Assembly: GCA_039091535.1 (NCBI GenBank) | Contig: JAWCLW010000001.1 | Location: 11,881-75,880 of the forward strand | Source of the DNA: Candidatus Aenigmatarchaeota archaeon | GTDB lineage: Archaea > Aenigmatarchaeota > Aenigmatarchaeia > GW2011-AR5 | Reading direction: 5' to 3' | Length of the DNA stretch: 64,000 nucleotides | Part shown: one piece after another, positions 57,497-64,000 of the stretch | Layout: each line of letters starts with the position of its first letter | Numbering within the stretch: the stretch's first letter is position 1 | The notes under the pieces: model-generated | What the model was told of the DNA's origin: nothing | Seen by the model: only the letters and a program-made list of their open reading frames with translations | The model's database searches: none | Program-made: the position numbers and the translations under genes

Positions 57497-60016
57497 TTAT
57501 TCGAATATTCTTTCTAAATTTATAGTGCCATTATCACTCTTTGCCGGATCAATACCATCTCCACCTGCCACAAATTGAATTATATGGTTTTTGCTATCTC
57601 TTACTGTTCCATCATATTCTACATGTAAATCCTGCAATGCATTGATAAGTCTTCTTTCCATATACCCGGAATGTCTTGTGTGCAATGATTTATCCATAAG
57701 ATTTTCTCTTGAGTTCATTGCATCAAAGAAGAATTCAAATGGATCAAGACCCTTCTTATAACCATCCCTAACAAAACCACATGCCTTAAGACCTATGTCA
57801 CCTTCTTTGAAGTGTGAAAGTGTCCTATTCAAAAAGCCTCTATGTATTCTTTCACCCTCTATTGCTTCTTGACCAACAAATCCACACATTTGCATAAGAT
57901 TAACAAATGAACCACGTGCTCCTGTCCTTGCCATTATAACAGCAGAGTTAAGCGGTAAATCGTTCTTTATTATTTCATTACACTGATTTGAGAGCACACC
58001 ACCAAGTTGAAGTATTCTTGTCTCAAGCGTCTGGCTCATAGTAAGACCTGCTATCTTTTCAAGTCTATTTGCATTATAAGCTTTTATCATCTCACTTATA
58101 TTCTTTTCATATTCTTCTATTATTGATTGTATTCTTTTTTCCGCTTTTTCACTCAAATCAACATCACTTATGGATATGCTAAATCCTTTTTTTGTCAAGA
58201 ATTCTAATGCCATTCTAGATACTTTATTTATGAAGTCCATTGCCTTTTGTGGACCATATTTTTTTTCTATAATATCAATTAATTTTCCCTTCTTTTCACC
58301 AAGTGCTGTATCATCGATAACACCCTTTTTAAGTACACCATTCCTTATTACAACATAAGAATCGTATGGGCAGTTTTCATATTCACATTTTTTGCATCGC
58401 ATGCATGTCTGCGATTTAAATTCTATGTTAAGATCCTTTGGGAGTATTATGCTAAATATCTCTTTTCCTGTATATGTTTCTTTGCGTTCAAAATTTTCTA
58501 TACCAATACTAAACAAAATTTTTACCGCATCTTTTAACGATAATTTTGTATCTTTTTTTGTTAATAAATAACAACCTGTTATGTGATCATGTTTACATGC
58601 AATCACAGGTGATCCATATCTTGGAGATCTTATATGATTTTCAATAGATAGAAGCATCTCTGCTTCTGTTTGTGCCTCTTCTGTTTGCGGTACATGCAAA
58701 TTCATTTCATCTCCATCAAAGTCTGCATTATAAGGTATTGTGGCTGTGAGATTTATCCTCAAAGTTCTGAAAGGCATAATTTTTGCTCTATGGGCCATCA
58801 TAGACATTCTATGCAATGAAGGTTGTCTATTTATCACTGTTATATCTCCATCCATTAAATGACGTTCAACTACGTATCCTATGTCTATCTCATTTGCTAT
58901 ATCTTTTTTATTTTCATCTGTGATTTTTTTTCGCACACCATCAGGTCTTATCACGTAATTGGCACCTGGGTGTGTATTCGGACCATTAAGTATAAGATTT
59001 TTCAGTGTTGAAATATTATTTTTATTAACCTTCACAGGTACTGTTAATTCTTTTGCTATTTCTAGTGGTATGCCAACTTCGTTTAGTGATATACATGGAT
59101 CAGGTGATATTACAGTTCTCGCAGAGAAATTTACACGCTTTCCAGCAAGATTTCCTCTGAAACGACCTTCTTTTTTACTCAATCTCTGCATGAGTGTCTT
59201 AAGAGCCCTTCCAGACCTATGTCTTGCTGGTGGTAGTGTAGATATTTCATTACTCATTAGAGTAGAAACATGATACTGTAATAATTCCCATATGTCAGCA
59301 ATGATAAAGTCGGGTGCACCTATTTCTAAATTCTTTTTTAATCTTTCATTTATCCTAACAACATCAACAAGTTTGTGAGTAATATCATCTTCGCTTCTTT
59401 CCCCTGTTTCAAGTATGATGGACGGTCTTACAGTTACAGGTGGTATTGGTAAAATTGTAAGTACAAACCATTCAGGTCTACCGCCAAATATTTTCAATAA
59501 TTTCAAGTCCTCATCTGTAATTTTTTCTAATCTTTGGCGAATTTCTTCGCTTGTAAGCTCGGTTTTTCCCTCTATATAAGTTGTCGGTTTTTGAAATTCT
59601 ATATTTTTTTGTTTCTCACCACAGTGTGGACATGTTTTTCTAGCTTTTTTATAAAGTTCTGGGAGAGGAAACTTCATTTCTTTTATCTCTTCATCTGTTG
59701 CAAGTGGTCTAGAACATTTTCTACATGTGGCACGTAGAAGCATAAAAATCTTTTTTCCATATAATGGATGGATAACAGGCTTCACAAGTTCTAGATAGCC
59801 AAAATGGCCAAGACACTGACCGATTGTTCCACCACATGTTCTGCATCTCAGGCCAGGGTCAACAACACCAAGGTGTAAATCACAAAGTCCCTTATCTATA
59901 GGATATCCATCAGGATCATATAATTCTGATTCTTCTATCCTTATTGCAGCCATCTCTTTTATCATTTTTGGGGACAAAAATCCAAAATCAATAGATTTTA
60001 CAGGCATATTTGACAC
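57497..60016 (-). CDS. rpoA1: DNA-directed RNA polymerase subunit A' (Rpo1N)
   Basis: Zinc motifs C..C..HFG, NADFDGDEMN catalytic aspartate loop; 839 aa; no intein. Confidence 0.96.
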   Translation of the reverse strand: MSNMPVKSIDFGFLSPKMIKEMAAIRIEESELYDPDGYPIDKGLCDLHLGVVDPGLRCRTCGGTIGQCLGHFGYLELVKPVIHPLYGKKIFMLLRATCRKCSRPLATDEEIKEMKFPLPELYKKARKTCPHCGEKQKNIEFQKPTTYIEGKTELTSEEIRQRLEKITDEDLKLLKIFGGRPEWFVLTILPIPPVTVRPSIILETGERSEDDITHKLVDVVRINERLKKNLEIGAPDFIIADIWELLQYHVSTLMSNEISTLPPARHRSGRALKTLMQRLSKKEGRFRGNLAGKRVNFSARTVISPDPCISLNEVGIPLEIAKELTVPVKVNKNNISTLKNLILNGPNTHPGANYVIRPDGVRKKITDENKKDIANEIDIGYVVERHLMDGDITVINRQPSLHRMSMMAHRAKIMPFRTLRINLTATIPYNADFDGDEMNLHVPQTEEAQTEAEMLLSIENHIRSPRYGSPVIACKHDHITGCYLLTKKDTKLSLKDAVKILFSIGIENFERKETYTGKEIFSIILPKDLNIEFKSQTCMRCKKCEYENCPYDSYVVIRNGVLKKGVIDDTALGEKKGKLIDIIEKKYGPQKAMDFINKVSRMALEFLTKKGFSISISDVDLSEKAEKRIQSIIEEYEKNISEMIKAYNANRLEKIAGLTMSQTLETRILQLGGVLSNQCNEIIKNDLPLNSAVIMARTGARGSFVNLMQMCGFVGQEAIEGERIHRGFLNRTLSHFKEGDIGLKACGFVRDGYKKGLDPFEFFFDAMNSRENLMDKSLHTRHSGYMERRLINALQDLHVEYDGTVRDSKNHIIQFVAGGDGIDPAKSDNGTINLERIFE

Positions 60017-60030
60017 CTCTTAACATAAAA

Positions 60031-63000
60031 TTATTCTGGATTTATTTTTGGGTATATACCCATACATTTCAATTCGTCTAACATAAGCTTGAATGCATAT
60101 GAAATTTCAACATCGACAATCTTACTCTTTTTGCATATAGGGCAGTATTTCTTACCTTTTATAAAATCTTCTATTGCTATGAGACCGCATTTATCACATA
60201 CCGGTATTTTATATTTATCAGAGCTGAATCTTTCTTTTAGCAAAAGCGCAGCACCATGCGCAATCAGACAATCTTTTTCCATCTCGCCAAGACGTAAACC
60301 ACCTTGTTTTGCACGTCCTGCTGTTGGTTGTTTTGTAAGTAATGTAACTGGTCCACGTGCACGTGCTTGGATTTTATTTGCTACCATATGGTGTAGTTTC
60401 TGATAGAAGCAAGGCCCTATAAGTATTTGGGCCTCATAAATTTCACCAGTCACACCATTATATAAACATTCTTTACCATCATCACGAAAACCTAATTTTA
60501 TCAATGCTTTTCTTATTGTATCTTCATTAACTTCATTGAACACTGTTGCATCAAGTTGTTCTCCCTTAAGCGATGAAACTTTTGATGCAATAATTTCTAA
60601 CAATTGACCGATTGTCATTCTAGAAGGAATTGCATGAGGGTTGAGTATTATGTCAGGCACAATACCCTTTTCTGTGAATGGTAGATTTTCTTCAGGCTCT
60701 ATCAATCCAATAACACCTTTTTGTCCATGTCTTGATGTAAATTTATCACCGAGTTCTGGTATTCGTTCACTACGTACAGTAACTTTCACAAATTTATTTC
60801 CGCTTGCTGTTTCTGTGATGATAACATTGTCTACAACTCCTTCTTCACCATGCCTTATAGTTTCTGATGTTTCTCTTCTATTTTCTGTCTCGACCATAAA
60901 ACTTTCAACAGGTCCAAAGAAACGTAATGGTGAGACCTTACCAATAAGCACATCACCTGATTCTACAGAAATTTCTCTGTTTATAATCCCATCTGATGCA
61001 AGATTTGCATAAGCCTCTTCTGTTCTGTATCCACTTACAGATTTGTCCGGTATCTTTATTTCATCCTTTTCAATGCCCCAATATTTTTTTTCCTCTGTTG
61101 AATATGTTCTAAAGAAGAATGATCGACCAAAACCACGCTCTATAGATGCTTTGTTTAATACTATACCGTCCTCCATGTTATAACCTTTATAGCTAAGTAT
61201 GGCTATAACTATATTTTGCCCATTAGGATGTTTGTCAAGATCTATGTTACGTGATATGATTGTATTTACGAGAGGTACTTGTGGATATACTAGTAGATCG
61301 GATTTTGTATCTGTCCTTATGTGGAAAGATGTATTATATATACCCAATGCCTGACCAGACATTTTTGCACCAAAGTTTACACGATCACCTCTATTATGTG
61401 ATGAGAATGGTACAAGAGATGCAGAGATGCCAAGTATTACAGACGGATTTATTTCTAGGTGTGTGTGATTTTTTGTTATATCTTCTTGTGTTAGTGCTAC
61501 TAATGCATTATTCTCTTCATCTGCATCAAGGTATTCTATAACACCTTGTTTTATTAAATCAAACCATTTGAGTTCATTGGAAGCAAGTTTTTCAATAATT
61601 TTTTGTGTCAGTTTTGGTTTTCCATTTTCGATAACTATTAATGGTCTTTGTAATCTTCCAGAATCTGTGTTTATATGGATTTCTTCAAATTCAGGATGAA
61701 TAGCAATATTTATATTTGGAGATATTGCTCCTGACCTACGTTTTTCTTTAAACTTTTCAATAAAATTTTCTGGTGCGTCTGTTGATCCAATAACATGTCC
61801 ATCCATAAATATAACATAAGATGTGCCTGTTTCTTTCTTAACCATTTCGTATATAATTTCTTTTTCCTTTTCTTTTGTTGTCTCAGAGATTACAGCAAAG
61901 AGAGCAAGATATTTTCTCAAACCAATGTTAACACCTTCTGGTGTTTCTTCTGCACATAGTCTACCCCATTGTGTACAATGTAGAGCTCGAGCTTCAAAAT
62001 GTTCTTGCGAAGAAGAAAGAGGTGATATAACATTTCTAAGATGAGCGATTGTTCTAATATAATTTGTCCTTTCCAATCTCTGACATACACCTGTACGACC
62101 ACCAATCCATTGACCTGTTGCCATATGAGAAACAATTCTTTTTGTAAGATAATCACTTTCAACAATAGATTTTATTGATGGCATCTTTCCACGTTTTATA
62201 AGCTTTTGATAAGCGTATATAATCCTAGACACAAGTCCATATTTACCCAGTAAAATAGACCTAAACAATATTTCCATGAAATCGCCAACAAGATGCAATC
62301 TCTTATTTGCATAATGATCTATGTCTTGCTCTTTCATATCTTTTAATCCCAATTTTAGAATTTTTCTAGCAACCTTGCATAAATATATGGCCTTATCCAT
62401 CCTGCTCTTTTTGTCTTGACCAAGATGTGGAAGAAGATATTTATCAAGTATATCATTTATTCTCTTTTCTCTATACTCTTTTTGTTGAATTTTCAACTTT
62501 TTGCCTATATATTCTTTTGCTTCCTCGGCTGTATTAATGTTAAACTCATAAAGATTGAAATAAATCTCTTGAGCCTCTTCTTCATCTGTTGCTATTTCAT
62601 TTATGATATTTTCATCTAGCTCCATTCCAAGAGCACGCAATAATACGACTAGAGGCAATTTTTTTAGATTTGCAAAAGATATAGTAATTATTCCACCCTT
62701 TCTTTCAAGAAGATGTCTCTGCACAAATCCAGATGATTCAGAATTTATTCTGACTGTTTCTATTCCACCTTTTTTTTCAACAATTGGCATATTTGGTAGA
62801 ACCTCTTCAACCATAACAATAACACGTTCAGTACCATTGATTATAAAATATCCACCAGGATCATCTGGATCCTCACCATTTTCTATAAGCTCATCTCTTG
62901 ATAAACCATTCAATACACATCTATTCGATTTTAACATTATTGGAAGTTCACCAAGTTTTACCTCTTGTGGATCTTGATCAACACCATTTATCACAGGTAT

Positions 63001-63300
63001 CATCTCAACATAAATTGGAGATGCATATGTTAGATCCCTTATTCTTGCTTCCATTGGTGTTATTTCACGTGTTGCACCATCTGCTTCTTTTATCGAAGGC
63101 TTTGGTATTCTAACCTTACCAAGTCTTATCTTAAATTCTGCAAGCTCTGGGGCTTCTAATTCTATTTCTCCGATCTCATCTATTATCTTCTGCACTCTAT
63201 AATCTACAAACTCGTTGAATGATTTTATTTGATGATCTACAAAACCAACAGAGTCTTTAAAAGATTTTAATATGGTCTCGAATCCATTCATGCTTCTCAC
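60031..63300 (-). CDS. rpoB: DNA-directed RNA polymerase subunit B (Rpo2), unsplit
   Basis: 1089 aa; GDKFTSRHGQKG and C-terminal CxxC...CxxC zinc ribbon; not split into B' and B''. Confidence 0.96.
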   Translation of the reverse strand: MRSMNGFETILKSFKDSVGFVDHQIKSFNEFVDYRVQKIIDEIGEIELEAPELAEFKIRLGKVRIPKPSIKEADGATREITPMEARIRDLTYASPIYVEMIPVINGVDQDPQEVKLGELPIMLKSNRCVLNGLSRDELIENGEDPDDPGGYFIINGTERVIVMVEEVLPNMPIVEKKGGIETVRINSESSGFVQRHLLERKGGIITISFANLKKLPLVVLLRALGMELDENIINEIATDEEEAQEIYFNLYEFNINTAEEAKEYIGKKLKIQQKEYREKRINDILDKYLLPHLGQDKKSRMDKAIYLCKVARKILKLGLKDMKEQDIDHYANKRLHLVGDFMEILFRSILLGKYGLVSRIIYAYQKLIKRGKMPSIKSIVESDYLTKRIVSHMATGQWIGGRTGVCQRLERTNYIRTIAHLRNVISPLSSSQEHFEARALHCTQWGRLCAEETPEGVNIGLRKYLALFAVISETTKEKEKEIIYEMVKKETGTSYVIFMDGHVIGSTDAPENFIEKFKEKRRSGAISPNINIAIHPEFEEIHINTDSGRLQRPLIVIENGKPKLTQKIIEKLASNELKWFDLIKQGVIEYLDADEENNALVALTQEDITKNHTHLEINPSVILGISASLVPFSSHNRGDRVNFGAKMSGQALGIYNTSFHIRTDTKSDLLVYPQVPLVNTIISRNIDLDKHPNGQNIVIAILSYKGYNMEDGIVLNKASIERGFGRSFFFRTYSTEEKKYWGIEKDEIKIPDKSVSGYRTEEAYANLASDGIINREISVESGDVLIGKVSPLRFFGPVESFMVETENRRETSETIRHGEEGVVDNVIITETASGNKFVKVTVRSERIPELGDKFTSRHGQKGVIGLIEPEENLPFTEKGIVPDIILNPHAIPSRMTIGQLLEIIASKVSSLKGEQLDATVFNEVNEDTIRKALIKLGFRDDGKECLYNGVTGEIYEAQILIGPCFYQKLHHMVANKIQARARGPVTLLTKQPTAGRAKQGGLRLGEMEKDCLIAHGAALLLKERFSSDKYKIPVCDKCGLIAIEDFIKGKKYCPICKKSKIVDVEISYAFKLMLDELKCMGIYPKINPE

Positions 63301-63421
63301 CAGAATTTAGTGAATTTAATTAGATACCAAAAAATATTAAACTTTTTGTTTTCATCGATGAAAATATAATATATCATTTTTATCATGACCCTATTTTTAT
63401 AGTTTATTATTGAAATTTTAA

Positions 63422-63661
63422 TTAGACAACAACTCTATAATATTCTGTTTCTGAATCTCTAAATATTTTAATCACATCACCATGCTTTGCTCCCAAAAAT
63501 TTTGCTACAGGATCTTCTTTTTTTATACGTGGGAGATGTTTTATTGTAATATTTAATCTCTTAAGTAGTTCTGCCTTTTCTTCACTGCTGAGCAAAATCT
63601 GTTTTGGCACAAGTCCACTTTTGAAAATATCTATCTCATTTTCATATTTTTTTGTACTCAT
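63422..63661 (-). CDS. rpoH: RNA polymerase subunit H (Rpo5)
   Basis: 79 aa; VPKQILLSSEEKAELLKRLNI...GDVIKIFR; first gene of the rpoH-B-A'-A'' block. Confidence 0.9.
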   Translation of the reverse strand: MSTKKYENEIDIFKSGLVPKQILLSSEEKAELLKRLNITIKHLPRIKKEDPVAKFLGAKHGDVIKIFRDSETEYYRVVV

Positions 63662-63674
63662 AATATCACCATTA

Positions 63675-63846
63675 TGGGTCCGACGGGATTCGAACCCGCG
63701 ACACCCGGCAGAAGAGACATACGGTTTCTCTCTTCTTTATAAGGGTATGATTAGAGCCGTATTTTCATTTCCCCCATTTAAAAGGCCGATGCTCTTTCCT
63801 ACAATGCGTCCTTCAACAATCATGCACCAGGCTGAGCTACGGACCC
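63675..63846 (-). tRNA. tRNA-Lys (anticodon TTT) with two predicted introns (~30 nt in the D-loop, ~66 nt at the anticodon loop); 172 nt precursor
   Basis: Minus-strand read: GGGTCCG-TA-GCTC-AGCCTGGT[~30 nt]AGAGC-A-TCGGC-CTTTTAA[~66 nt]GCCGG-GTGTC-GCGGG-TTCGAAT-CCCGT-CGGACCC-A; exons reconstitute a canonical archaeal tRNA-Lys(UUU). Confidence 0.7.
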
Positions 63847-63883
63847 ATTTTTCTATTGATGATTCTATCTTTTTGCTAGATAG

Positions 63884-63956
63884 CGCCTCGATCGGGATTT
63901 GAACCCGAGTCATAGCCTCGACAGGGCTATATGCTAGTCCGCTACACCATCGAGGC
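63884..63956 (-). tRNA. tRNA-Asp (anticodon GTC), no intron
   Basis: Minus-strand read: GCCTCGA-TG-GTGT-AGCGGACTA-GCAT-A-TAGCC-CTGTCGA-GGCTA-TGAC-TCGGG-TTCAAAT-CCCGA-TCGAGGC-G. Confidence 0.8.
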
Positions 63957-64000
63957 ATTGAAGCATAATTGTTTTCCATCCAAATTCTATTTTCATAACT

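Noticed and set aside
1-64000. CRISPR arrays, IS elements, integrases, inteins
   Set aside because: No regularly spaced direct repeats; no transposase/integrase-like ORFs; RNR, MCM, RpoA' and RpoB have intein-free lengths.

Overview
AT-rich archaeal chromosomal segment of roughly 28-30% GC, dense with information-processing genes. Protein content, leaderless first genes with GGAGGTG-like SDs inside operons, and bacterial-type adk and coaD all suggest a small-genome DPANN-like archaeon. Main contents: aEF-1alpha plus S10; a truncated exosome superoperon (SBDS, Rrp4, Rrp41, Rrp42); class II ribonucleotide reductase next to a cobalamin adenosyltransferase; an ABC(FtsX/MacB)-linked secreted-protein operon; Dph2, RpoL, DUF99, signal peptidase and TFS; a cluster of membrane-anchored nucleases and proteases; IscS-IscU behind a PadR-like regulator; MCM, an RPA32-like OB/wH protein and TBP; a radical-SAM/SPASM gene overlapping an amidohydrolase; MTAP and MtaB; GDH, CoaD, an Lrp regulator and glnA; and the RNAP block rpoH-rpoB-rpoA'-rpoA''-L30e-nusA. 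RNA genes: tRNA-Thr(GGT) and tRNA-Asp(GTC) without introns, and tRNA-Tyr(GTA) and tRNA-Lys(TTT) that each appear to carry two introns. A roughly 310-nt GC-rich structured element (54133-54442) looks like an unclassified ncRNA. Two frameshifted pseudogene candidates were found (an AAA_28 ATPase and an mTERF-repeat protein inside a GC-richer islet). Several unannotated mini-ORFs were found, including a 31-aa Zn ribbon in the RNR operon, a 41-aa desulforedoxin-like ORF and a 44-aa ORF upstream of the rSAM gene. No CRISPR array, integrase, transposase or intein was seen.
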